Of a stretch of DNA of 64,000 nt, positions 1-9,033 are shown piece by piece (within the stretch, counting starts at the first letter, position 1; each line of letters begins with the position of its first letter). The stretch spans positions 116,387 through 180,386 of the forward strand of contig CAXHRJ010000001.1 in NCBI GenBank assembly GCA_964018915.1, given 5' to 3'. The stretch comes from an uncultured Bacilli bacterium (GTDB lineage: Bacteria; Bacillota_I; Bacilli_A; RF39; UBA660). The notes under the pieces are model-generated. The model did no database searches. It saw only the letters and a program-made list of their open reading frames with translations, and had not been told where the DNA came from. The position numbers and the translations under genes were made by a program.

Positions 1-161
1 TAAACACTGGCCATATCCACTATTAAAGTAACAAATACATCTATTATTAAAGAGGAATAAATTCTATTTTCCAATGTATTCATCTTTCTTTTATTAAAAT
101 AAATTATCGCGATTAATCCAATATAAAAGATACTGGATATTTGAAAAAATAAACTAGTCAT
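1..161 (-). CDS. Window-edge partial ORF: N-terminus of a multi-pass membrane protein; the rest runs off the left edge
   Basis: ATG at 161-159 (minus) follows a GGTGA Shine-Dalgarno (forward tcacc 166-170). The translation MTSLFFQISSIFYIGLIAIIYFNKRKMNTLENRIYSSLIIDVFVTLIVDMASV is hydrophobic and stays open to position 1. It is absent from the ORF track only because it is truncated. Confidence 0.3.
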   Translation of the reverse strand, partial: MTSLFFQISSIFYIGLIAIIYFNKRKMNTLENRIYSSLIIDVFVTLIVDMASV

Positions 162-249
162 AACTTCACCTACTTTAATCTAATAATATTATATCATAGG
201 AAGAATAGAAAGAGTACCCAAAAAGAAAAAAAAGAGTCATTAGACTCTC

Positions 250-1230
250 TTACCACCCTTTAATGTTTTTAATTTTTATTTTTTGGTTACATTCTAATCC
301 ATGAGTAGAAGCAATATTAGGAATAATGTCATAAACGTCATCCCTATGAATGCTACCCTTTTGACATAATCTTTCTAATTGGTTAACTATTGCAGCTCCA
401 TCGATTAAAGCTTTATCATATAAATCCATAAATGATTGTGTGGAACGAATCCCATCATCCATCGGATTAACCCACTCCTCATGGTCCTGATTTAAATAAC
501 GAACGGCTGAAGATGGATTTCTGTGATATGAAAAAGAGCTAGTACCTTTTAATAATGGATCTAAACAATCGAATGCTCTTCTTTTAACACCTGTTCTATC
601 ATACTTTAAGCACTTCATAAAAAGCGCCACTTGAGAGAAAGAATTAAAAAATAATTTACCGCCTGAATGAATTCCGTATGTTGCTTTCAAACTTTCATCT
701 AAAGTGCATATTAAAGCACGTCTAATAAGATTTTTATCAAATGTGAAATCCTTGTGCACAGGATAGGTAGCTGCATTTATTCCCTCTTTTTTAGCCATCA
801 GATAGATATCTAAAAGGTTTTCTACAATTCCATGATACCATGTAGGTCGCTCAGGATTACGAGTATGATCCCCAGCATAATAAATAATCATAGGATGAGT
901 GTAGGCATCTAGTAAATGATGCATCACATATCCTGGCCCAATAAATAGCCTAATTTGTTCATCTTCAATTGCTCCACTATTTTCTGCTGCTTTCAAATAT
1001 TGATAAACAAATTCAGGAAAATGGAATTCTTGCAATAATTCTGAAGCTTCTACATTAGCATTTAAACATTTTTGATTAAATATCTTATAAAAATCATGAT
1101 AAAGCAAAAAATCATGACCTTGAGCAAAAATACTATACTTGTCATAGTTGCCAAAAGATTTCAACGTAGCGGAGCTTAATTTCTCTTTTAAATCCTTATA
1201 AAATATGTGATGTGTTTTGGGACCTGGCAT
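250..1230 (-). CDS. Hypothetical protein, possibly a zinc-dependent phospholipase C-like metallohydrolase
   Basis: 326-aa ORF with His/Asp-rich motifs: GHDFLLYHDF, HHLLDAYTHP, WYHG, HEEW. The function is a guess from motif style only. Confidence 0.4.
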   Translation of the reverse strand: MPGPKTHHIFYKDLKEKLSSATLKSFGNYDKYSIFAQGHDFLLYHDFYKIFNQKCLNANVEASELLQEFHFPEFVYQYLKAAENSGAIEDEQIRLFIGPGYVMHHLLDAYTHPMIIYYAGDHTRNPERPTWYHGIVENLLDIYLMAKKEGINAATYPVHKDFTFDKNLIRRALICTLDESLKATYGIHSGGKLFFNSFSQVALFMKCLKYDRTGVKRRAFDCLDPLLKGTSSFSYHRNPSSAVRYLNQDHEEWVNPMDDGIRSTQSFMDLYDKALIDGAAIVNQLERLCQKGSIHRDDVYDIIPNIASTHGLECNQKIKIKNIKGW

Positions 1231-1233
1231 AAT

Positions 1234-1872
1234 TTATTTTCCCCTTTCATAACCTTTGTATTGATATACTTTAGGCGGATTATTGATACCTTCTTCTGGA
1301 TAATCTCTTGTTAATCCTTCATAAATGATATATTCTTTTAAAACTCGGTAAAAATCAAATGGACGTATATCTTGTGGTCTTTTTCCTTCGAATATCTCAA
1401 TTCCAGATTCTCTAAGAATTGAAGTAGCCCATTGTGAACAAAAATAATGATTCTCTCTTGATAGTCCGAAAGTACCTGTGCATAATAGTGCAACTAATCC
1501 AATATAATTAAATTGAAAGTTGTCTCTTCTTTCCCAATCACGATTCAAGTTGGTGGTAAAAGCCGCTACTTGTTCTAGACTTACACCTAATTGCATAACC
1601 GCTATTTTACTTTTTTCTGGAACACGAGTAAACATATCTTTTCTTATATCTTCTTTAATCATTCCAGAATTAAAAGGATTCCCTATTTCTTTTCGTGCAA
1701 ACGAAATCATATTATTCAACTTACTATCCCTAGATAAAGAAATATGAGAATAGGTATCACCATCATATCTATTCCAAAACTTCAATTTTGCTCGTGCAGT
1801 TATTAATTTTCCTGGCACAGTATCAGTATAACTAGCCACAATATAGATAGATTCCTGATTCATATAAGACAC
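1234..1872 (-). CDS. Hypothetical protein, possibly a permuted papain-like / NlpC-P60 superfamily (YiiX-like) hydrolase
   Basis: 212-aa ORF whose stop lies 3 nt upstream of the next gene's start (likely operon). A His (YSHISL) precedes a Cys (FCSQWAT), the order seen in permuted papain-fold enzymes. Weak evidence. Confidence 0.35.
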   Translation of the reverse strand: MSYMNQESIYIVASYTDTVPGKLITARAKLKFWNRYDGDTYSHISLSRDSKLNNMISFARKEIGNPFNSGMIKEDIRKDMFTRVPEKSKIAVMQLGVSLEQVAAFTTNLNRDWERRDNFQFNYIGLVALLCTGTFGLSRENHYFCSQWATSILRESGIEIFEGKRPQDIRPFDFYRVLKEYIIYEGLTRDYPEEGINNPPKVYQYKGYERGK

Positions 1873-1953
1873 CCCTTCTTTTGCAATTTGCTATACTACC
1901 ATTCTTTTCCTAAAAAGTCAATTTGAAAAGAAGTGAATATTTATTCACCTCTT

Positions 1954-3324
1954 CTATTTCAAATATTCATTTAATAAAGTTGTAAACTCTTCTTGTAACT
2001 CATTTAATCTATTTTCGTCTTTCGCTTCAAAACGTGCTGTTATATTAGGACCAGTGTTAGAGCATCTAACAAGTGCCCATCCATCATTAAATTCTACACG
2101 AATACCATCTACAGTAACCATATCATATCCTTTGTTTATACAGTATTCTTTTATTTTCTCTACTACGTTAAATTTAATTTCATCAGGAGCATGGAATTTT
2201 AATTCTTCTGTTGAATAATAATGATTAATATTATCTAATAGATTACTTATATTTTTATCAGTATTTGATACAATCTCTACTAAACGCATTCCAGCATAAA
2301 TTCCATCATCAAAACCTGGCCATTTATCTCTAAACCAAATATGTCCAGAATATTCTCCACCAAAATCAAAATCTTCTTGATTTATTTTTAAATTCATATA
2401 AGAATTACCAGTTCTAGCCATAACAGTTTCTAAACCTAACTCTTTTAAACCATCAATTAATGTTTTAGAACATTTTACATCATAGATTGCTTTTTTATTT
2501 TTCATAGTATTCGCTATACTACGATATACCATAAGCATAATAAGGTCACTACCAATAATTTCTCCATTTTGGTCTACTAACCCTACTCTATCAGCATCTC
2601 CATCAATCCCAATACCTAAATCATATCCTAATTCTTTTACCTTGTTAGATAAATCTTTCATATTTTCTCTAACACATGGGTCTGGATGATGATTTGGGAA
2701 ATTTGGATCAGAATCACAATACAATAATTCATATTCCACATTAAACATATCTAATATCTTTTTTACAATAATAGATCCAGTTCCATTTCCACAGTCAAAT
2801 ACTACGCGAACTTTCCTATCACCTAATTGGATACTATTTTTAATTTCATTTAAATACTCTGGTTCAATATCTAATTTTTTAGCACTACCTTCTTTTGTGA
2901 TGAAATTTAAGGCATTCGTAAAATCTCTGAATTTAGTAATTGCTTCCCCACAAGCATTTCCATCTAAATTAAATGAAATTTTAAATCCATTATATTCTTT
3001 TGGATTATGGCTTGCTGTAATCATAATACCAGTTTCAATACTATATTTTTTCTTTGCATAATAATACATTGGTGTAGTAACAAGACCTAAGTCTGTAACA
3101 TTTGCGCCACTTTCTACTAATCCCTTAATTAAAGCATTATGTATAATGGGAGAAGAAATACGGTTATCATGCCCTACAACTACATTGTTAACTCCCATTG
3201 CATCAATATAACTAGCAAAACTTCTTCCCATTGTATAGGCAACATCCTCTGTTATATCAGCTTCCCATATTCCCCTAATATCATATTCTCTAAAAATAGT
3301 TTCTGTTATTTTTGTAATTTCCAT
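1954..3324 (-). CDS. Phosphoglucomutase/phosphomannomutase (alpha-D-phosphohexomutase family)
   Basis: Active-site serine loop TASHNPKEYNGFK, metal loop GIDGDADR and sugar loop GGEYSGH. Start moved to the ATG at 3324 (MEITKITE), which follows AAAGGAGGA. This removes the overlap with the upstream recombinase stop. Confidence 0.85.
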   Translation of the reverse strand: MEITKITETIFREYDIRGIWEADITEDVAYTMGRSFASYIDAMGVNNVVVGHDNRISSPIIHNALIKGLVESGANVTDLGLVTTPMYYYAKKKYSIETGIMITASHNPKEYNGFKISFNLDGNACGEAITKFRDFTNALNFITKEGSAKKLDIEPEYLNEIKNSIQLGDRKVRVVFDCGNGTGSIIVKKILDMFNVEYELLYCDSDPNFPNHHPDPCVRENMKDLSNKVKELGYDLGIGIDGDADRVGLVDQNGEIIGSDLIMLMVYRSIANTMKNKKAIYDVKCSKTLIDGLKELGLETVMARTGNSYMNLKINQEDFDFGGEYSGHIWFRDKWPGFDDGIYAGMRLVEIVSNTDKNISNLLDNINHYYSTEELKFHAPDEIKFNVVEKIKEYCINKGYDMVTVDGIRVEFNDGWALVRCSNTGPNITARFEAKDENRLNELQEEFTTLLNEYLK

Positions 3325-3334
3325 AAATCCTCCT

Positions 3335-4213
3335 TTAATCCCCATGTGGGTGAAACTCTTGATAATTTTCTTTTAAATGTTCATTAGATATATGCGTATA
3401 AATTTGTGTTGTAGAAATATCACTATGTCCTAGTAACTCTTGAATACTTCTTAAATCTGCTCCATGATTTAGTAAATGGGTTGCAAAAGAATGTCTCAGC
3501 GTATGTGGTGACAATTCCTTTTTAATGTCAGCTTCTTGAGCCCTTGCCTTAATGATTTTAAAAAATCCCTGTCTAGTCATCTTTTTCCCATGATTATTTA
3601 AAAATAAGAAATCATTATAATCTCGTTTTAACATAGAAGATCGATAATCCTGCAAATAAATAGTGAGGTAACGAAGAGCATACTCTCCTAAAGGAACAAT
3701 TCTTTCCTTACTACCTTTTCCCATTGTTCTTACTGTCGCACTTTCTAAATCAATATCTTGAAGGCGTAAATTTACCAGTTCAGAAACACGTATCCCTGTC
3801 GCATATAAGACTTCTAACATCGCTTTATTACGATAGCAAAAAGCATCTCTTAATGGTATTTCTAATAAACTATTTACTTCCTCTTCTGTAAGTGTATGAG
3901 GAAGACTTTTCTTAAGTTTAGGAATTTCAATATTCTCCATAGGATTTTTAGTTACCACTTTATCAATAAGCAAAAATTTATAAAAGGACTTAAAACAAGA
4001 AATAACTCTTGATATACTTCTTTCATTTAAACCTTCTTTTGATAATTCTTTTAAATAATTGTGAATATCTACTTCTTTAATTTTAGAAATATCCTTTTTT
4101 ATAAATTCTTGAAACTTTAGTAAATCTCTTTCATAAGCTTCTATTGTATTCTTACTATACTTTTTTTCTATCAAAAGATAACTTCTAAAGTTTTTGATTT
4201 CCTCTTGTATCAT
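3335..4213 (-). CDS. xerD: Tyrosine recombinase, XerD/XerC type (chromosome dimer resolution)
   Basis: C-terminal catalytic region HTLRHSFATHLLNHGADLRSIQELLGHSDISTTQIYTH, N-terminal SAM-like core-binding domain, 292 aa. XerD versus XerC cannot be settled by eye. Confidence 0.75.
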   Translation of the reverse strand: MIQEEIKNFRSYLLIEKKYSKNTIEAYERDLLKFQEFIKKDISKIKEVDIHNYLKELSKEGLNERSISRVISCFKSFYKFLLIDKVVTKNPMENIEIPKLKKSLPHTLTEEEVNSLLEIPLRDAFCYRNKAMLEVLYATGIRVSELVNLRLQDIDLESATVRTMGKGSKERIVPLGEYALRYLTIYLQDYRSSMLKRDYNDFLFLNNHGKKMTRQGFFKIIKARAQEADIKKELSPHTLRHSFATHLLNHGADLRSIQELLGHSDISTTQIYTHISNEHLKENYQEFHPHGD

Positions 4214-4331
4214 ATGAGTATCCTATCCTTACAAACTCATTATATCACAAATCTTTATCTTCCCACAATACATTCTATATCAAACATTTGTATTTACTAC
4301 TTTGTTATGATACAATAATTGTGGTGATTAG

Positions 4332-5552
4332 ATGAATACAGAACCTTTAGCAATTCAAATGCGACCAAAATGTATTAGCGAAGTGATTGGCCAAAAACAT
4401 TTGATTGGAGAAAATAAAGTGATTTATAATCTAGTAAAAAATAAAAAAATATTCTCTATGATATTTTATGGGAAACCAGGAATTGGAAAAACTACGATTG
4501 CTACTGCTATTGTAAAAGAATTAGATATCCCATATAGATTATTAAATGCTACTATCAATAATAAAAAGGATTTTGATACGGTTATAGCAGAGGCTAAAAT
4601 GTATCATGGAATGGTTGTCTTAATGGATGAAATTCATAGACTCAATAAAGATAAACAGGACTTACTTCTTCCCTATTTAGAGAATGGTCTTATTACTTTA
4701 ATAGGTATGACTACTTCTAATCCTTATCATAAAATAAACCCAGCAATTCGTAGTAGATGTCAAATATTTGAATTAAAAGAATTAGAAGTAGAAGATGTTA
4801 TAGAGGGCTTAAAAAGAGCATGTACTGCAGACTATTTACCAAACATCCGAATTGATGAGGACAGCTTAAAACATATTGCTACTCTAAGTGGTGGGGATAT
4901 GCGAAATGCCTACAATCTTCTAGAAATGGCTTATTATTCTAGTACAGAAGGAAATGTAACATTAGATGTTATTAAAACAATTAATAGTAAACCTGTATTT
5001 TTTCACGATAAAAACGAAGATGGTCATTATGATGTTATTAGTGCGTTTCAAAAAAGCATTAGAGGGTCTGATGTAAACGCTGCACTATACTATTTAGGAA
5101 GACTAATTGAAGCAGAAGATTTAGATATTATTTATAGAAGAATGACAGTCATTGCTTATGAAGATATTGGTCTTGCTAATCCTAGTATGGGACTTAGAGT
5201 AGATGCCTGCATTAATGCCTGTGAAAGAATTGGATTACCAGAAGCTAGAATTCCTCTTTCTGTAATGGTAATTGATTTAGCTTTATCCCCTAAATCTAAT
5301 AGTGCTTATCTAGCGTTAGATGAAGTTTTAAAAGATATTGAAACTGGTAACACTGGAAATGTTCCTAATCACATCAAAACAAATTCTCCTGATTATAAAT
5401 ACCCTCATAATTATCCTCATGCATATGTAAAGCAACAATATCTACCAGATAAAATCAGAAACAGAAAATATTATACGCCTAAAGAAACTAGCAAATATGA
5501 AAGAGACTTAAAAAAAGTGTATGAAGCATTAGAAAAGATGTCAAAAAACTGA
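4332..5552 (+). CDS. rarA: Replication-associated recombination protein A (MgsA/RarA AAA+ ATPase)
   Basis: Walker A GKPGIGKTT, Walker B VVLMDEIHR, sensor SRCQIF, and a C-terminal MgsA domain (YDVISAFQKSIRGSD, YPH..Y). Confidence 0.9.
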   Translation: MNTEPLAIQMRPKCISEVIGQKHLIGENKVIYNLVKNKKIFSMIFYGKPGIGKTTIATAIVKELDIPYRLLNATINNKKDFDTVIAEAKMYHGMVVLMDEIHRLNKDKQDLLLPYLENGLITLIGMTTSNPYHKINPAIRSRCQIFELKELEVEDVIEGLKRACTADYLPNIRIDEDSLKHIATLSGGDMRNAYNLLEMAYYSSTEGNVTLDVIKTINSKPVFFHDKNEDGHYDVISAFQKSIRGSDVNAALYYLGRLIEAEDLDIIYRRMTVIAYEDIGLANPSMGLRVDACINACERIGLPEARIPLSVMVIDLALSPKSNSAYLALDEVLKDIETGNTGNVPNHIKTNSPDYKYPHNYPHAYVKQQYLPDKIRNRKYYTPKETSKYERDLKKVYEALEKMSKN

Positions 5553-5565
5553 CATCTTTTTTTAT
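5534..5565. terminator. Intrinsic terminator shared by the convergent rarA (+) and HD-domain (-) genes
   Basis: Stem aaagatgtc (5534-5542) pairs with gacatcttt (5551-5559), followed by a T-run. It overlaps the rarA TGA stop (5550-5552). Confidence 0.6.
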
Positions 5566-5572
5566 TAATAAA

Positions 5573-7225
5573 TTATTCTATTACTTTTTGCTTATTTTTT
5601 AATCTAATAGATGCTTCTTCCTCTGTAAAATAGTAGCCCAAACTATCAGAAAGTAGCATCAAAGCATCCTTTCGAATCAAAGGATTAGAAGTATACATAG
5701 AAATATACGCAAGGATTTGGTTCACACCCATTCCGTAGAGACATGCATGTTCCCCAATGGATACATTAGCGTTTATACTAGCAACATATTTTTTTAATGC
5801 ATCAATTACATCTACATCGCTTGGAAATCTAGGTGCTAGCCTTTCAAACATATAGTTATCTTTTAAAAGTTCACTATTAATCTCTTGTAGTAACGCTTCT
5901 CTCAATTCTTTTTCTGATGATAATTCATTTGGAATTTTGAAAGTATAAGAAATCGTTTCAGAAAATACAGTGCCTTCTTCTAACCTTCCTACACAGTCTT
6001 TATAATCAATCTCTTGTTCTCCTTTTAAGAAAGTAATATTTTCATCTTCTTTAGATTTGTAAATAGTAAAACAATTATCAACGTAAAAATCTTCTTGACC
6101 TGTTTGTTTTCTATTCATAGCAATATCATAAAATCTTTCATAATCTTGGAATGATGCCATTACTAATATACAGTCTCTAGTTAAAGATGGATTATCTAAG
6201 AGAAGGAGTAATTGAAATGCTCTTTCAAAATGATAATCGCCAAAAGAATAATACTCACTTAAGTTTATATTCGCTTGATCTCTTTTCATATGCCTAACAA
6301 ATAATAAAAAGCGTGCAATTTCTTCTTGGATAGATAAAGGGAGAGCCTTAAATAGTTTTTGTTTACTAGAAACTACAGTAGAAACGTTTTCGCCAATCCT
6401 TTTTAAAAGTAAATCGTCCAATACGCGTTTTGGTGATTGATAAACTTCATAATTTTCTCTTCTAATGCGAATAAAATCATCCATTTCGCGAAAACAACTA
6501 TAATCAAAATAGACTTTTCCATTTCTTAATATAATACTATCAAAAATCTTATATATACTATCTGCAACATCATAGAAATTGTCTTGTTTCTCTTCTCCAT
6601 TCATTAAATAAGTATCCATGATTAAGAAAGCAGCCCTATCCAAATCAAATATCCCTTCTAATAAAGCGCTTAATCCATACTTGTCATATTTTTTAAAATG
6701 AATTAATCTATCCGTTAATCCTGGGTAAATACCTTCTAATATAGAATGCAATTGTTCATCTTCTACAAGAGTTCTCTTTCCTATATCCTCATGCATCCCT
6801 TTATAACCATTTACCATTTGTTCAAATGGATGAGAAAATGGTCCATGACCAATATCATGAATTAATAAAAATACTAAAAAAGCTATTTTTGTTTTATTAT
6901 CAATAATATATCCTTTTTTCTCTAATGTAGAAAGTAAATCTACTCCTAAAGATTGTGCAAATACCATATGGTCTAATCTTGTATCAGTCATTCTTGGATG
7001 TTCCTTATAGCTATGAGCTGTCTGTATTTTTTCATTCGCCATTTTCATAGGCTCCGTAGAAATAATATTCATAAAAGGTAATGGTAAAAAGATTTCTTTT
7101 CTTGGAATTGGACAAAAAGTATGGGGATAGGAAAAGAAACCATAATTGGTATTAGTTCCTTGAAATAAATCTTGATAAAATTTGGTCAACTCTCCATTAC
7201 TTACTACCATTCTTGAATATTTCAT
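5573..7225 (-). CDS. HD-domain protein, SAMHD1/dNTP triphosphohydrolase-like, with a long uncharacterised C-terminal extension
   Basis: RLDHMVFAQSLG, then HDIGHGPFSH, then DLDRAAFLIMDTY. These motifs and their order match the COG1078-type HD phosphohydrolase pattern. About 300 further residues carry no recognisable motif. Confidence 0.7.
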   Translation of the reverse strand: MKYSRMVVSNGELTKFYQDLFQGTNTNYGFFSYPHTFCPIPRKEIFLPLPFMNIISTEPMKMANEKIQTAHSYKEHPRMTDTRLDHMVFAQSLGVDLLSTLEKKGYIIDNKTKIAFLVFLLIHDIGHGPFSHPFEQMVNGYKGMHEDIGKRTLVEDEQLHSILEGIYPGLTDRLIHFKKYDKYGLSALLEGIFDLDRAAFLIMDTYLMNGEEKQDNFYDVADSIYKIFDSIILRNGKVYFDYSCFREMDDFIRIRRENYEVYQSPKRVLDDLLLKRIGENVSTVVSSKQKLFKALPLSIQEEIARFLLFVRHMKRDQANINLSEYYSFGDYHFERAFQLLLLLDNPSLTRDCILVMASFQDYERFYDIAMNRKQTGQEDFYVDNCFTIYKSKEDENITFLKGEQEIDYKDCVGRLEEGTVFSETISYTFKIPNELSSEKELREALLQEINSELLKDNYMFERLAPRFPSDVDVIDALKKYVASINANVSIGEHACLYGMGVNQILAYISMYTSNPLIRKDALMLLSDSLGYYFTEEEASIRLKNKQKVIE

Positions 7226-7986
7226 GCTTTGTACCTCTTAATATAACTTTTAGCAACTTGCTCATAAGAGGAATCACCCGTTAGAACAACATCAAATTCT
7301 TTTTGAAATTCTGTCAAACTATGAGTATCTGTATCACAGAAACCCACAGAAATCGTATCTAAATGTTGGCCCATTCTCTTATCTTCTATTTGATCTCCAA
7401 ATAATAGACCTTTCTTCTTTCCTTTTATCTCAGGATAAGATAACATGCATTTATTAAGAGAATGCAATATTGGTTCTTTCACGCCCATAATTCTGCCATT
7501 TTCATAAATTAGAAAATTAGAATGAATAGTAATATTGTCATATAAACATCCAACGCTTTGTAAGTATTTTTCTATAAAATTTCCAATCCCTGCACTGACG
7601 ATTACCACAGGAACTCCTAGTTCATTCATCCTACCTAAAAACGGCTTTACATCTCTTCTTAATTTCAATCCATTGGAGTTAGCAAAAATTTGGTCTATGG
7701 TTTCTTCATAAATATGATATTTACTTAAAAGAAGAGCTATTTCCCTAAACCACTTTTCCATCATTTTGGATTTTTCATCAAATGGAATTGTCTGATCTAT
7801 TTCTATTGGTCGATAATAATGGTAGATATCTAAACTTTCTTTAGCATATCTTGAATCTACATAAGGACTCTCTTCTAATAATCCCCAACAAGTAGAACTA
7901 TCATGTTCCGTTAAAGTTCTATCAAAGTCTGCTAAAACAAACATTTCTTTTGGATTCAATATCTCATATTTACGTATAAAAATCAT
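7222..7986 (-). CDS. HAD-superfamily hydrolase, pyrimidine 5'-nucleotidase (UMPH-1)-like
   Basis: HAD motif I DFDRTLT, motif II VVIVSAG, distal GD..ED acidic motif. Its stop overlaps the HD gene start as ATGA (7222-7225). Confidence 0.6.
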   Translation of the reverse strand: MIFIRKYEILNPKEMFVLADFDRTLTEHDSSTCWGLLEESPYVDSRYAKESLDIYHYYRPIEIDQTIPFDEKSKMMEKWFREIALLLSKYHIYEETIDQIFANSNGLKLRRDVKPFLGRMNELGVPVVIVSAGIGNFIEKYLQSVGCLYDNITIHSNFLIYENGRIMGVKEPILHSLNKCMLSYPEIKGKKKGLLFGDQIEDKRMGQHLDTISVGFCDTDTHSLTEFQKEFDVVLTGDSSYEQVAKSYIKRYKA

Positions 7987-8041
7987 ACAATCACCTCTAA
8001 TAGTAATCTATTATACGAATTTCTAATCAAAATGGCAAGCG

Positions 8042-8974
8042 TTATACTTCTAATAATAGAAGTTCTAAACCTAGTACAGGTTCTATTTTTCCTGTTTTAA
8101 TATGGATATCTAACTCTGACAATTGTTTCATATAAGAGAGTAATAAACTTGTCTTATACTTTAATCCAGATTGAATAGCAAGTTTTACTGGATAAATATG
8201 AACCCCTAATGTAGAAGAAATATCTTGCTGAGAATATCCAAGACGAGTTAATTCTGTAGCTTGATACATAAGCCTAAATTTACTAGCCAACAAAGCAATA
8301 ATTTTAATAGGCTCCTCTCCTTCTTTTATCATTTCTTGATACATTGTCAAAGCCTTTCCTTTTTCTTTTTGAATAATAAAGTCGATAAATTTAAAAATAT
8401 CAGTATCTATGGTTACAGTAGTTAGAGATAAAATATCCTCTTTTGTTATTTCTTTTTCGTCTATTTTATATAGTTTCAGCTTATTTGCCTCTTCTTTTAG
8501 AATGGTTAATTCCTCTCCAACTCGCTCTTGAAATAATCGTACACTAGTTTTATCAATTTTATATCCTTCAAACATTTCTTCTATTTCAGTAAGAGGATTG
8601 GAAGTTGTAAGTTCTTTTAAAACACCGACCTCTTTTATTGCTTTTGTTATTTTTTTAGTATTATCCACTGTAGCATTATGATTTAAAAATATTAAAATAG
8701 TAGATGGATTTGGTTGCTTTAAATATGGTAGCAATTGATTTATCTCTTCTTCAGTACCTTTTCCTCTATTAAAAAGTAAAGCATTATCCACAATAACTCC
8801 TTTTTTATCAGAAAAGAAAGATACTGTTTCACAATCTTCTAAAATCTTAGAGAGACTATCAACTGTATAATCATAACGTACTACATTAATCATTTCTAAA
8901 CCATTTTTTTCTATAATTTTATCGATTTCTTTTTCTAATAAATAGTTCTCTGTTCCATACAATAAATAGTTCAT
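8042..8974 (-). CDS. holA: DNA polymerase III subunit delta
   Basis: 310 aa. The N-terminus MNYLLYGTENYLLEKEIDKI is typical of HolA. The C-terminal helical domain has an SKFRLMYQ-type segment. Confidence 0.75.
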   Translation of the reverse strand: MNYLLYGTENYLLEKEIDKIIEKNGLEMINVVRYDYTVDSLSKILEDCETVSFFSDKKGVIVDNALLFNRGKGTEEEINQLLPYLKQPNPSTILIFLNHNATVDNTKKITKAIKEVGVLKELTTSNPLTEIEEMFEGYKIDKTSVRLFQERVGEELTILKEEANKLKLYKIDEKEITKEDILSLTTVTIDTDIFKFIDFIIQKEKGKALTMYQEMIKEGEEPIKIIALLASKFRLMYQATELTRLGYSQQDISSTLGVHIYPVKLAIQSGLKYKTSLLLSYMKQLSELDIHIKTGKIEPVLGLELLLLEV

Positions 8975-9033
8975 ACTTCACCTCATTGTAATATCATTAT
9001 AACATAAAAGGAAGAAAAATTTCCTTCTTCTTC

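Noticed and set aside
3335-4213. Tyrosine recombinase as a marker of an integrated mobile element or prophage
   Set aside because: Its size and motifs fit chromosomal XerC/D. It is flanked by housekeeping genes (PGM/PMM, rarA). I saw no flanking direct repeats, tRNA target or phage genes.
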